Assembly (NCBI GenBank): GCA_965202625.1
Contig: CBDBBI010000010.1
Location: 1,728,001 to 1,792,000, forward strand
Length of the DNA stretch: 64,000 bases
Direction of reading: 5' to 3'
Origin: a bacterium
GTDB taxonomy: Bacteria; UBA8248
Numbering within the stretch: position 1 is the first letter of the stretch; the number at the start of each line of letters is the position of its first letter. The position numbers were made by a program, and so were the translations under genes. The notes below the pieces were generated by a model. It worked only from the letters and a program-made list of their open reading frames with translations. It ran no database searches and was not told the DNA's origin. Shown in pieces: positions 18,915 to 28,666 of this stretch.

Positions 18915-20468
18915 TTATCTTCTATCCAGCCTCGCCATTTTTTCGGGCGCGGGAGTTTTTTGCGGGGTCTCCGCCACGTTCACCATTTTCACCACCTTCT
19001 TCACGCTCGCCTCCATGCGCCCCAGGAATGGCTTGGGGTACAGGCCAATCCAGAACATCAAGAAGATCAACGGCAGAAGATAAAGAACTTCTCGCCCGTT
19101 GCAATCCGTGAGTTTCTCGTTCTCGGGATTGTCCAGCCTTCCAAAGAAAACCCGCTGAAAGAGCCAGAGCATATACGCCGCCCCCAGAACGATGCCCACC
19201 ACGGCGAAGGCGGCATAGACGTAGCTTTTCTTGAACGCACCGATAAGGATGAGAAACTCGCCCACAAATCCGTTCAGTCCCGGAAGTCCAATACTGCTCA
19301 ACATCGTGATGGCGAACAACACCGTATACACCGGCACGACTTTAGAGAGGCCGCCATACTCCGAGATGAGGCGGGTATGGCGTCGCTCGTACACGACGCC
19401 CACCAGAAGGAACAAGGCACCCGTGCTGATTCCGTGGTTGATCATCTGCAGCTGCCCGCCGAGCACGCCCTGCTCGTTCAGGGCAAAAACGCCGAGCATA
19501 ACGAAACCTAGGTGGCTCACGGAAGAATAGGCCACCAGCTTCTTAATGTCGGTTTGCGCCATCGCCACCAAGGCACCGTAAATGATGCCGATAATGGAGA
19601 GAAGCATCATGAAGGGCACGAAAACCTGGCTCGCCTGGGGCAACAGCGGCAGGGCGAAGCGGACGAAGCCGTAGGTTCCCATTTTCAGAAGGATGCCGGC
19701 CAGAATCACGCTTCCCGCCGTGGGTGCCTCCACGTGCGCGTCGGGCAGCCAAGTGTGGAAGGGAAACATGGGGACCTTAATGGCAAACCCGATGAAGAAC
19801 GCCAAGAATATCCATACCTGGAGCGAAAGCGGTATCTTCGGGCCCACAGCGTAGAGCTCCACCAGATCGAAAGTAAGGCTGCCAGTGCCCATTTTGAAAT
19901 TAGCGAAGTAAAGCGCGAGTATCCCCAGCAACATGAGCACGCTGCCGAACAACGTATAGAGGAAAAACTTGATCGCTGCGTAGAGTTTTCTCGGGCCGCC
20001 CCACACCCCGATAAGAAAATACATCGGCACCAAGGTGATCTCGAAAAAGACGTAGAACAGGAAAATGTCGAGGGCGATGAACGTCCCTAACATGCCGGTC
20101 GCCAGCAGCAGTAGGCAGACGTAATACTCTTTCTCGCGCTCGGCGATGGCGGTGAATGAGCACACGATACCGACTATCATGGTGAGCGTCGTGAGCAGGA
20201 CGAGTAGCACGCTGATTCCGTCGATGCCGACGAAATAGCTCACGCCGATAGTAGGTATCCAGCTCGCCTTTTCCACGAACTGAAAGCCGGCCTCGGTGGA
20301 ATCAAAGTGGGTCCATAGAGGAAGTGAAATCAGGAAATCTAGGACTGCCACCGCCGTGGCGAAACCCTTAATGGCTTTCGTCTGCTCTTTCTTCATGAAG
20401 AGCATGATGATCACCGCGCCCAACGCAGGCAAAAAGGTGATCAGCGTGAGAAGCGGCACATTGCTCAT
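18915..20468 (-). CDS. nuoM: NADH-quinone oxidoreductase subunit M (10-gene operon)
   Basis: AIKVPMFPFHTWLPDAHVEAPTAGS, KKLVAYSSVSH. Confidence 0.95.
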   Translation of the reverse strand: MSNVPLLTLITFLPALGAVIIMLFMKKEQTKAIKGFATAVAVLDFLISLPLWTHFDSTEAGFQFVEKASWIPTIGVSYFVGIDGISVLLVLLTTLTMIVGIVCSFTAIAEREKEYYVCLLLLATGMLGTFIALDIFLFYVFFEITLVPMYFLIGVWGGPRKLYAAIKFFLYTLFGSVLMLLGILALYFANFKMGTGSLTFDLVELYAVGPKIPLSLQVWIFLAFFIGFAIKVPMFPFHTWLPDAHVEAPTAGSVILAGILLKMGTYGFVRFALPLLPQASQVFVPFMMLLSIIGIIYGALVAMAQTDIKKLVAYSSVSHLGFVMLGVFALNEQGVLGGQLQMINHGISTGALFLLVGVVYERRHTRLISEYGGLSKVVPVYTVLFAITMLSSIGLPGLNGFVGEFLILIGAFKKSYVYAAFAVVGIVLGAAYMLWLFQRVFFGRLDNPENEKLTDCNGREVLYLLPLIFLMFWIGLYPKPFLGRMEASVKKVVKMVNVAETPQKTPAPEKMARLDRR

Positions 20469-20490
20469 AATTCCTCCAAAACCTCAACCC

Positions 20491-22521
20491 TTAACGGAGA
20501 AGGTAGGCGCTCAGCATCACGAAGACGCCTAAAAGCATCACGAAAAGATAATTCTGCACCATTCCGGATTGCAGATATTTGAACACTTGGGAGAAAAACC
20601 GAATGAAGCTCGCCGTCCCGTTCACCGCCCCATCTACCGTGCGCAAGTCGAAAATTCCGGAAAGCCGGCTCATGACAACTGTGATGATCGAACTGCCGTT
20701 CACCGCCCCATCCACCACCTTAGTGTCGAACGCCCAAAGGGCGCGCATAAGCCTGTAAGTGGGCTCCACGAGGCAGAACTGGTAGATTTCGTCAATGTAA
20801 TATTTGTTCAGGAGCAAATAATACAGTGTCGGAAAACGCGTATACAGGCGATTCGCCGATTCGGGGTCCCGCACATACATATTCCATGCCAGAGCGATGC
20901 CGCCCAGGGCGATGAAGATAGCCAGAACGATGAGCAGTATCGCCTCCGGTCCGCCATGCCCACCGCCATCGGCAGCGACTCGCATCAGTCGCGCGCCCTC
21001 GTCCATGGCGTGGCCGCCAGACGGCATCTTTGCCAAAGACGGCGCGAGAAAACGATGTATCCAGCCGCCCTCCGGTGGAAAGCCGGGAATCGCACCGCCC
21101 ACCACGCTCAGCCCCGCCAGAATGATGAGCGGAACCGTCATAGTGGTGGGCGATTCGTGAATGTGCGCGCGCGCATGATGGTCAACGCGCATCTCACCGT
21201 GAAACGTCATGAAGATGAGCCGGAACATATAGAAAGCCGTCATGAACGCAGCGATGCAACCCATCAACCAGACCGTGTAGTGCCCCGTGAAAAAGGCGTT
21301 CGCCAGAATCTCGTCCTTGCTCCAGAAGCCAGCGAGCGGCGGCACTCCGGCGATGGCGATCGCACCGATTAGAAACGTCCAGTAGGTCACAGGCATTTTC
21401 TCTTTGAGGCCACCCATGTAGCGCATGTCCTGTTGCTGGTCTTCCGGAGCGTGGTGAAGCGCGTGAATCACGCTGCCGCTGCCAAGAAAGAGGAGTCCTT
21501 TGAAGAAGGCATGGGTCATCAGATGAAAGATGGCGGCGGCGAAGGCACCCACGCCCAGGGCCATAAACATGAAACCCAGCTGGCTCACCGTGCTATAGGC
21601 GAGCACACGCTTGATGTCGTTTTGCGCTAACCCAATGGTCGCGGCGAAAAGCCCTGTGACCGCGCCGACGATGGCGATGACCTCAAGCGCGCCCGGGCCC
21701 ATGACGTAGATGGGACTCGTTCGGGCAACCATGTACACACCCGCCGTGACCATGGTGGCGGCGTGAATCAGCGCGCTCACGGGGGTGGGGCCCTCCATGG
21801 CGTCCGGCAGCCAGACGTAGAGCGGAACCTGCGCGCTTTTGCCCGTGGCACCGACGAACAGCAGAAGGCCGATGGCCGTGGCCGCCGCCGCGCTCAGACC
21901 AGGGGCCGCCTCGAACGCCTCCACATAGTTGAGGCTGCCGGTCAGCGTCCAAATCAGAAACATACCCAGGAGAAAACCGGCGTCGCCGATTCGGTTAACG
22001 ATGAACGCTTTTTTGCCGGCGTCGGAGGCGGAGCGCTTCTCGAACCAAAAGCCGATGAGCAGATAGCTGCAAAGGCCCACGCCCTCCCAGCCCACGAACA
22101 TGACGAGATAGTTGTCCCCGAGCACCAACAAAAACATGGAGAGCATGAAAAGGTTGAGATAGGCGAAGAAGCGCGGGTAGCCTGGATCTCCGCGCATATA
22201 ACCCACAGCATAGACGTGCACCAGAAATCCCACGCCCGCCACCACCAACAGCATGACGGTGCTCAACGGATCGATCAGGAAACTCATCGACACGCTAAGG
22301 CTGCCGGCCTCTACCCACTTCCACAGCACCACGGTATGGCTGCTACCGCCCTCCGCCACGAAAATCATCTCGAAGGCGACGCTCAGCACGACGAGAAGCG
22401 ACAGGCCCGCCATGAAGGACGCGAAAGAGCCCGCCCTCTCGCCCACGCGCTCTCCGAACAATCCATTGACCAGTGCCCCGATCACCGGAAAAACAGGAAT
22501 AAGCCATGCCATTTCGATCAT
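20491..22521 (-). CDS. nuoL: NADH-quinone oxidoreductase subunit L (10-gene operon)
   Basis: GKSAQVPLYVWLPDAMEGPTPVSALIHAATMV, FHLMTHAFFK. Confidence 0.95.
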   Translation of the reverse strand: MIEMAWLIPVFPVIGALVNGLFGERVGERAGSFASFMAGLSLLVVLSVAFEMIFVAEGGSSHTVVLWKWVEAGSLSVSMSFLIDPLSTVMLLVVAGVGFLVHVYAVGYMRGDPGYPRFFAYLNLFMLSMFLLVLGDNYLVMFVGWEGVGLCSYLLIGFWFEKRSASDAGKKAFIVNRIGDAGFLLGMFLIWTLTGSLNYVEAFEAAPGLSAAAATAIGLLLFVGATGKSAQVPLYVWLPDAMEGPTPVSALIHAATMVTAGVYMVARTSPIYVMGPGALEVIAIVGAVTGLFAATIGLAQNDIKRVLAYSTVSQLGFMFMALGVGAFAAAIFHLMTHAFFKGLLFLGSGSVIHALHHAPEDQQQDMRYMGGLKEKMPVTYWTFLIGAIAIAGVPPLAGFWSKDEILANAFFTGHYTVWLMGCIAAFMTAFYMFRLIFMTFHGEMRVDHHARAHIHESPTTMTVPLIILAGLSVVGGAIPGFPPEGGWIHRFLAPSLAKMPSGGHAMDEGARLMRVAADGGGHGGPEAILLIVLAIFIALGGIALAWNMYVRDPESANRLYTRFPTLYYLLLNKYYIDEIYQFCLVEPTYRLMRALWAFDTKVVDGAVNGSSIITVVMSRLSGIFDLRTVDGAVNGTASFIRFFSQVFKYLQSGMVQNYLFVMLLGVFVMLSAYLLR

Positions 22522-22528
22522 AATTTTC

Positions 22529-22831
22529 CTACCACTTCAAAAGGTTGATCTCATCCACGTTGACCATTGTCCGGTCGCGGTTCAGCGCGATGAGTATCGC
22601 TAAACCAACGGCCGCCTCGCACGCCGCCACAGTGATGACGAAAATGGCGAACACCTGACCCGTCAAGTCCGCCCAGTGGCGCGAGAAGCTCACGAAGGTC
22701 ACGTTCACGGCGTTGAGCATCAATTCTATCGACAGTAGGATGATGATGGCGTTGCGGCGCATCAGCACGCCCGCCGCACCGATCAAGAACAAGATGGCGC
22801 CCAGGGCGAGAAAGTGGGTCATGGGTATCAT
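22529..22831 (-). CDS. nuoK: NADH-quinone oxidoreductase subunit K (10-gene operon)
   Basis: RRN...IELMLNAVN...[11 protein letters not shown]. Confidence 0.95.
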   Translation of the reverse strand: MIPMTHFLALGAILFLIGAAGVLMRRNAIIILLSIELMLNAVNVTFVSFSRHWADLTGQVFAIFVITVAACEAAVGLAILIALNRDRTMVNVDEINLLKW

Positions 22832-22847
22832 CGTTTCTCTCCTCGCG

Positions 22848-23357
22848 CTACCGCTCTATCGTGCGCTTCGCTAGGACGATGGCGCCTATCATCGAAGTCA
22901 ACAGGAGGATGGAGGCCACCTCGAAAGGAAAAAGGAATTTCGTGTATAGCACCGCACCGATGGCCTCCACGTTTCCAGGAGTGGCACCTACAGACCAGGC
23001 CCACGACCTGGGATCCCCGAACTCCGCCTCTCCCAGCACGGCCCATACCTCGAGGCCCAGCAAAACGGCTGCCACGAGTGCCAGAGCACCCTGGCGGTGC
23101 CACTGCCGCATCCGCACGGCCACCTCCACGTTCATCAACATGATCGAGAATAGATACAGCACCATGATGCCGCCCGCATAGACGAGAACTTGCACCGCCG
23201 CCAGAAACTCCGCCCCCGCCAGCACGAAAACGCCCGCGAGGAAGAAAAACGTCATCACCAGCAACAGAGCCGCGTGAATCACGTTCGCGCGCGTGATCAT
23301 CAGCAAGGATGTGAGAATCATTCCGCCAGCGAACAAGTAAAAGAAATATATCTCCAC
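22848..23357 (-). CDS. nuoJ: NADH-quinone oxidoreductase subunit J (10-gene operon)
   Basis: [30 protein letters not shown]. Confidence 0.93.
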   Translation of the reverse strand: MEIYFFYLFAGGMILTSLLMITRANVIHAALLLVMTFFFLAGVFVLAGAEFLAAVQVLVYAGGIMVLYLFSIMLMNVEVAVRMRQWHRQGALALVAAVLLGLEVWAVLGEAEFGDPRSWAWSVGATPGNVEAIGAVLYTKFLFPFEVASILLLTSMIGAIVLAKRTIER

Positions 23358-23376
23358 TCTGCGCCTCTCCCGCGAG

Positions 23377-24357
23377 TTACAAGAACAGATACTTCAAAAA
23401 TCCGGTCAGGAAAATGTTGATCATGACGAGCGGAAACATGAACTTCCAGCCCACGCGCATGAGCTGATCGTATCGATAGCGCGGAAGCGTCGCCCGCAGC
23501 CATATAAACACGAAGATCATCGCGGCCAGTTTGAGGAGGTACCAGATAAAGCCGGGAAGCGGAATGAAATCCAGCCCCTCCCATCCGCCGAAGAAGAGCG
23601 TGACACCTATCGTGGAAACCGCGACGATGTTAGCGTATTCCGCCAGAAAGAAAAACGCGAACCTCATTCCGCTGTATTCGGTATGAAAGCCCGCCACGAG
23701 TTCCGTCTCCGCCTCGGGCAGATCGAAGGGCACGCGGTTCGTCTCGGCGAGACCAGCGACGAAGAAGACGATGAACGCGATCGGCTGATAGAATACGAAC
23801 CACACGTCACTCTGTGCCTTTACGATCTCCTGCATATTCAGGGATCCTGCGAGCATCAGCGGCCCGATGACGGAGAAACCCAGAAAAATCTCGTAGCTCA
23901 GCATCTGCGCCGCGCTCCTCAGAGCCCCCAGAAGCGAGTATTTGCTGTTTGAGGCCCAACCCGCCATCACGATGCCATATACGCCGAGCGAGCTGATCGC
24001 CAGAATGAAGAACAACCCGATGTTCACCTGCGTGATATAGAACGTCGCGCTAAAGGGCAGCACCGAATAAATGATGAAGGCTGGCAACAGTGTAACCACC
24101 GGCGCGAGAATGAATACGACGCGATCCGCCTTGTCGGGAATGATGTCTTCCTTCAGAAACAGTTTAAGTCCGTCCGCTATCGGCTGCAGGAGGCCGTGCC
24201 AGCCCACGCGCATGGGGCCGATCCTCGACTGGATGTGGGCGATGACCTTTCTTTCCACGTAGGTGAGGTAGGCGGCCACCAGTTGAATCACGTTCAGCAC
24301 GATGAATATCTTTATCGCGGCAACCACGACTTCACGAACCATGTCCAACGAAACCAC
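23377..24357 (-). CDS. nuoH: NADH-quinone oxidoreductase subunit H (10-gene operon)
   Basis: [34 protein letters not shown]; true start may be TTG 24348. Confidence 0.95.
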   Translation of the reverse strand: MVSLDMVREVVVAAIKIFIVLNVIQLVAAYLTYVERKVIAHIQSRIGPMRVGWHGLLQPIADGLKLFLKEDIIPDKADRVVFILAPVVTLLPAFIIYSVLPFSATFYITQVNIGLFFILAISSLGVYGIVMAGWASNSKYSLLGALRSAAQMLSYEIFLGFSVIGPLMLAGSLNMQEIVKAQSDVWFVFYQPIAFIVFFVAGLAETNRVPFDLPEAETELVAGFHTEYSGMRFAFFFLAEYANIVAVSTIGVTLFFGGWEGLDFIPLPGFIWYLLKLAAMIFVFIWLRATLPRYRYDQLMRVGWKFMFPLVMINIFLTGFLKYLFL

Positions 24358-24360
24358 TCC

Positions 24361-25503
24361 TTACCGATCACACTCGCCTAGCACGATGTCAATGCTTCCG
24401 ATGATAGCCACTACATCCGCCAACAGCTGCCCGATGCACAGCTTTTTGAGCCCGCCCAAATTGATGAAAGACGGCGGGCGGATACGAACGCGATAGGGCG
24501 TCTCCGTGCCATCGCTCACGATGTAGAAACCGAACTCGCCCTTGGGGTTTTCGATGCTGTGGTATATTTCACCTTCGGGCGGTTTGATAGTTCTGGGCGT
24601 CTTACAGTTCACCGGCCCGCCCGGAAGCTGCTCCAGGCACTGCTGAATGATGCGGACGCTCTGGCGCAATTCTTCAACGCGCACCAGATACCTATCATAA
24701 ACGTCGCCGTTCTCGCCCACGGGCACGACGAAGTCAAGATAGGGATACGCCGCGTAGGGCTTGGCGCGCCTTAAGTCCCATCGCACGCCGCTACCCCGAA
24801 TGATAGGGCCGGTCAGCCCTAAGTCCATCGCATCCGACGCGGAGATGACGCCCACCTCGCGGGTTCTTTGCAACCAGATGCGGTTGTTCGTGAGGAGGGT
24901 CTCGTAGTCGTCGATGCGGCTCGGAAAAACGTCGATGAACTCCTGGGTGAGGCGCAAGAATTTGTCCGGCACGTCCTCGTGCAGCCCCCCGAGGCGAAAG
25001 GCGTTGACCGTCAGGCGGCCGCCGAACGCGGTCTCGAACAGATCCAGTACCATCTCGCGCTCTCGGAAACACCACAGAAACACCGTCATCGCCCCGATGT
25101 CTAGGGCGTGCGTGGCGAGCCAAAGCAGATGGCTGGCGATGCGAGAAAGCTCGCCCACCATTGAGCGAATATACTGCGCCCGCATGGGGATTTCCCAGTC
25201 GAAGAACTTCTCGACCGCCGTCACCCACGCCAGGTTGTTCGACGGGGCGGCGATGTAGTCAAGGCGATCCGTATAGGGGATGAACATCGTATAGGTGATG
25301 TTCTCGCCAATCTTCTCAGTGCCTCGGTGCAAATAGCCAATGTCGCAGTCCACATCGTTCACCGTCTCGCCGTCCAGTTTCAGAATCACCCGAAGCACGC
25401 CATGGGTGCTCGGGTGCTGAGGGCCCATGTTGATTACAAATTCCTCGGCCCCGTACACTGTGCTTCGTCGTTCGATGCGAGAGGTATCCGCTACGCCAAC
25501 CAT
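24361..25503 (-). CDS. nuoD: NADH-quinone oxidoreductase subunit D (10-gene operon, short form)
   Basis: NMGPQHPSTHGVLR, GYLHRG, DIVLGECDR. Confidence 0.95.
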   Translation of the reverse strand: MVGVADTSRIERRSTVYGAEEFVINMGPQHPSTHGVLRVILKLDGETVNDVDCDIGYLHRGTEKIGENITYTMFIPYTDRLDYIAAPSNNLAWVTAVEKFFDWEIPMRAQYIRSMVGELSRIASHLLWLATHALDIGAMTVFLWCFREREMVLDLFETAFGGRLTVNAFRLGGLHEDVPDKFLRLTQEFIDVFPSRIDDYETLLTNNRIWLQRTREVGVISASDAMDLGLTGPIIRGSGVRWDLRRAKPYAAYPYLDFVVPVGENGDVYDRYLVRVEELRQSVRIIQQCLEQLPGGPVNCKTPRTIKPPEGEIYHSIENPKGEFGFYIVSDGTETPYRVRIRPPSFINLGGLKKLCIGQLLADVVAIIGSIDIVLGECDR

Positions 25504-25530
25504 TCCCTCATTCCCTTGAAAGGCCGCGCG

Positions 25531-26118
25531 CTAATCGCCTATTTCCTTGCGCGACGGCTTCGTATAAATCCGCTCTCCCCTGCCCTCCAGCGGGTAGTCC
25601 TTGCGCATCGGGTGACTACCCCAGTCATCCGGCAGGAGTATGCGCCTCAAATCCGGATGCTCCTCAAACGCGACCCCGAACAAATCATAGACCTCCCGCT
25701 CCATCCAGTTCGCGCTGCTCCATATTCTGGAGACCGACGGCAGGGACTGGCCATCCTTGGCCCTTACCTTCAAGCGCAGCCTACGGTTATGCTCGAAACT
25801 ATAGAGGTGATACAGTACTTCAAAGGGATTCGCCGCCTCGGGGTAGTGGGTCGCGGTCAGGTCCGTGAGCAACGCGAAACGCGCATCGGCGTGATCCCGC
25901 AGATAGGCGGCCGCGCGAGTGAGGTAATCTATTCCTATCACGAACGTCGCCTCGTCCTCGTCATCCCTATAGGCGCTTCTCTCCAAGACGACGCCCGGAA
26001 ACGCCGATTCCAGCAATTCCCTCAAGTCCTCGCCGACCAAGGCCTGTGCGAACTCGGCGGAATCTGAATCTGGCGCACGGTTCGCCCCCTCGCTGTTCTC
26101 CACCACTTCGTCCGACAT
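25531..26118 (-). CDS. nuoC: NADH-quinone oxidoreductase subunit C (10-gene operon)
   Basis: ANWMEREVYDLFGV..HPDLRRILLPDDW..HPMRKDYP. Confidence 0.93.
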   Translation of the reverse strand: MSDEVVENSEGANRAPDSDSAEFAQALVGEDLRELLESAFPGVVLERSAYRDDEDEATFVIGIDYLTRAAAYLRDHADARFALLTDLTATHYPEAANPFEVLYHLYSFEHNRRLRLKVRAKDGQSLPSVSRIWSSANWMEREVYDLFGVAFEEHPDLRRILLPDDWGSHPMRKDYPLEGRGERIYTKPSRKEIGD

Positions 26119-26150
26119 TTTCTTCCCTTGCACGCGCATGGCCATGGATG

Positions 26151-26627
26151 CTACGCGCGAATATATTTTTCCTGCTCAATCTTCTTCTGGAGTTGCATGA
26201 CACCCCACATCAGGGACTCGGGCCGGGGCGGGCAACCCGGAACGTAGATATCCACCGGAATGATTTCATCCACTCCCTGCATCACGGCATAGTTCGCATA
26301 GGGGCCGCCGCAGGTGGCGCAGTTGCCCATCGCGATCGCCCAGCGCGGCTCCGGCATCTGATCATAGACCTTGCGAATCGCGTCTCCCATTTTGTGGGTG
26401 ACCGTGCCCGCCACGATTATCACATCGGACTGCCTCGGGGTGGCACGAAAAATGACGCCAAAACGATCGAAATCATATCGCGCGGCACCGGACGCCATCA
26501 TCTCGATCGCGCAACACGCCAAGCCGAAGGTCATCGGCCAAAGCGCGCTTTTTCTCGCCCAAGCGACAAGGCTGTCGACTTTCGAGGTGATGAAATTGTC
26601 GCTGAACCTGCCCTCGACTAGGCCCAT
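26151..26627 (-). CDS. nuoB: NADH-quinone oxidoreductase subunit B (10-gene operon)
   Basis: [22 protein letters not shown] (cluster N2 ligands). Confidence 0.95.
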   Translation of the reverse strand: MGLVEGRFSDNFITSKVDSLVAWARKSALWPMTFGLACCAIEMMASGAARYDFDRFGVIFRATPRQSDVIIVAGTVTHKMGDAIRKVYDQMPEPRWAIAMGNCATCGGPYANYAVMQGVDEIIPVDIYVPGCPPRPESLMWGVMQLQKKIEQEKYIRA

Positions 26628-27010
26628 TCCAGCGCTCCTTTTCTCCAAGCGTAGAAATAGCCGACCAAAAGGATGGCGATGAACAGCATCATCTCGATGA
26701 ACCCGAAGAGCCCCAGAGCGTCGTAGCGCACCGCCCAGGGAAACAGGAACAGTGCCTCGACATCAAAAAGCAGGAACAATATGCCCAGCAAATAAAAGCG
26801 TATGGAGAAGCGCTCATGCGCCTCCATCAGAGGGGGCATCCCGCATTCATAGGCGGAGTTCTTCTCCGGGTCCGGCGCGTTCGGGCGAACGAGGAGCGCA
26901 ATAACGAGGATGCTCGCGGCGAACGCGAACGCCATGAGGGCGAACAGGAATATGGGAACGTAGGGATTGATGACCTCATAATCCCTAAAAAAAGCGCCCA
27001 GAATTTCCAT
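26618..27010 (-). CDS. nuoA: NADH-quinone oxidoreductase subunit A (10-gene operon)
   Basis: [25 protein letters not shown]. Confidence 0.95.
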   Translation of the reverse strand: MEILGAFFRDYEVINPYVPIFLFALMAFAFAASILVIALLVRPNAPDPEKNSAYECGMPPLMEAHERFSIRFYLLGILFLLFDVEALFLFPWAVRYDALGLFGFIEMMLFIAILLVGYFYAWRKGALEWA

Positions 27011-27136
27011 TTGGGCTCCTCTTCAAAACAATGGCGGCGTGAGCGTCATAAAAACGCCCTCTGCCCGCCCATCACAAAAGTAGATGGTGGCCTTCCCTGA
27101 GAGTTCTCCACGCAAAAAATCCGTAAATCGGTTGAG

Positions 27137-27160
27137 ACACCATGGTTTATATCATGGCGT
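27137..27160 (-). promoter_or_regulatory. Putative extended -10 promoter with an overlapping dyad, upstream of the 10-gene nuo operon
   Basis: Minus-strand TG-A-TATAAA at 27154-27146 inside the ACACCATG...CATGGCGT inverted repeat. Confidence 0.35.
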
Positions 27161-27185
27161 TGGCTGAAAAACCAACCCCTGGGGG

Positions 27186-28664
27186 TCAATGAAAAAAGAG
27201 AGTGGAACGATAGGCGAAATCCATTGCCGGAGAGGGATAAATTCCCAGTTTTAGCGCGCCGGCGGCGGCGAGCGTCAGGGCGGCAACAGCGTAGGACCAG
27301 CCTGGATGCGGGCCGCGTCTCATTTCCTCTCCGGTGGGTTCTCGCATATACATCGCCACGACGACCCGCAGATAATAATATACGGCCACTACGCTGTTGA
27401 GCGCCGCGATTACCGCCAACCAGAAGTATCCGCCCTTCAGAGCCGCGCTGAACACGTAGAATTTCGCTACGAAGCCCCCCGTGGGCGGCAGTCCCGAGAG
27501 CGACACCATAAACACGGCCATCACCGCCGCAAGCCCGGGCCGTAGGGATGCCAGGCCTGCGAGATCATCCAGTCGCGCGCCGCCTTCCTCCCTCATACCC
27601 GAGGCGACGACCAGAACGCAGAAAGCACCCATGTTTATGAAGGTATAGACGAGCATGTAATACAGAAATCCGCCTGTAGCGAGCTCCGGGTTTGCGCGCG
27701 AGACCACAAGCGCAACCATGAGATAGCCGGCGTGCGCGATGCTGGAATAGGCGAGCATACGCTTCACGCACGACTGCCAGATAGCGACAAGGTTCGCCAG
27801 ACTCATAGTGAAGGCGGCCATCACCCACAGAATCGTGTCCAGATGCGCGCCCGCGTCGCCTGCCGACAGAACAATCCTGAAAAACGCCGCGAAAGCCGCC
27901 GCCTTGGGCCCCACGGACATGAAAGCCGTCACCGCCGTGGGCGCGCCTTCGTACACGTCCGGCGTCCACATGTAAAACGGAACGGCGGCCACCTTGAACC
28001 CCAGACCCACCACCATCAAACCCAGACCTGTCAAAAAGACGGCTCCCCTTGAAGCAGGATTCTCATGAAGACGCGTCGCAATCTCCACTAGGTCGATAGA
28101 GCCGGCCGCGCCATAGACGAGCGCCATGCCGTAGAGCAAAAAGCCCGAGGCAAACGAACCGAGGAGAAAGTATTTGAGGGACGCCTCGTTTCCCTCCGGG
28201 CGCGCGCGCAAATAGCCCACCAGGACATAGAGGGAAAGAGAGAACACCTCAAGGCCTACGAATATCATCAACAGGTTTCGGGTCGCGGCCATGAGCATCA
28301 TGCCGGAGGTGGCGAAAAGGATGAGACCGAAATACTCGCCCGCCGGCGCGCTCTCCAGCTCGCGCTGGGCTGCGGCGATAAGCGTCGCGAGAACGCTCGC
28401 GAACAGAATAACGATGAACACGAACTGCGTGAAGCCGTCGAAGAGATACATGCCACCCAGCGAAGCGGCTGTCCCTGGAAGGGTGCGGACGCCGAGCGTC
28501 GTCCCTAGGGCGGCGGCCAGCGTCCCCAACGTGATGGTGACGATGACGGCGCGCTCGCCTCGGGCGAGGAACGCGTCCCACATCAGCACCAGCACCGCGC
28601 CGCCCACCGGCAGAATCACCGGCAGTAGATATCCCCAATGGATCGTAGGATAAACGATATCCAA
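27186..28664 (-). CDS. nuoN: NADH-quinone oxidoreductase subunit N (complete operon)
   Basis: EASLKYFLLGSF, FKVAAVPFYMWTPDVYEG; TTG start just after the nuoM stop. Confidence 0.95.
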   Translation of the reverse strand: MDIVYPTIHWGYLLPVILPVGGAVLVLMWDAFLARGERAVIVTITLGTLAAALGTTLGVRTLPGTAASLGGMYLFDGFTQFVFIVILFASVLATLIAAAQRELESAPAGEYFGLILFATSGMMLMAATRNLLMIFVGLEVFSLSLYVLVGYLRARPEGNEASLKYFLLGSFASGFLLYGMALVYGAAGSIDLVEIATRLHENPASRGAVFLTGLGLMVVGLGFKVAAVPFYMWTPDVYEGAPTAVTAFMSVGPKAAAFAAFFRIVLSAGDAGAHLDTILWVMAAFTMSLANLVAIWQSCVKRMLAYSSIAHAGYLMVALVVSRANPELATGGFLYYMLVYTFINMGAFCVLVVASGMREEGGARLDDLAGLASLRPGLAAVMAVFMVSLSGLPPTGGFVAKFYVFSAALKGGYFWLAVIAALNSVVAVYYYLRVVVAMYMREPTGEEMRRGPHPGWSYAVAALTLAAAGALKLGIYPSPAMDFAYRSTLFFH

Positions 28665-28666
28665 AC

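Noticed and set aside
24361-25503. Short NuoD as a group 4 NiFe-hydrogenase large subunit
   Set aside because: No N- or C-terminal CxxC nickel ligands (RLDYIA; DIVLGECDR); the quinone-site GPQHPSTHG motif is present
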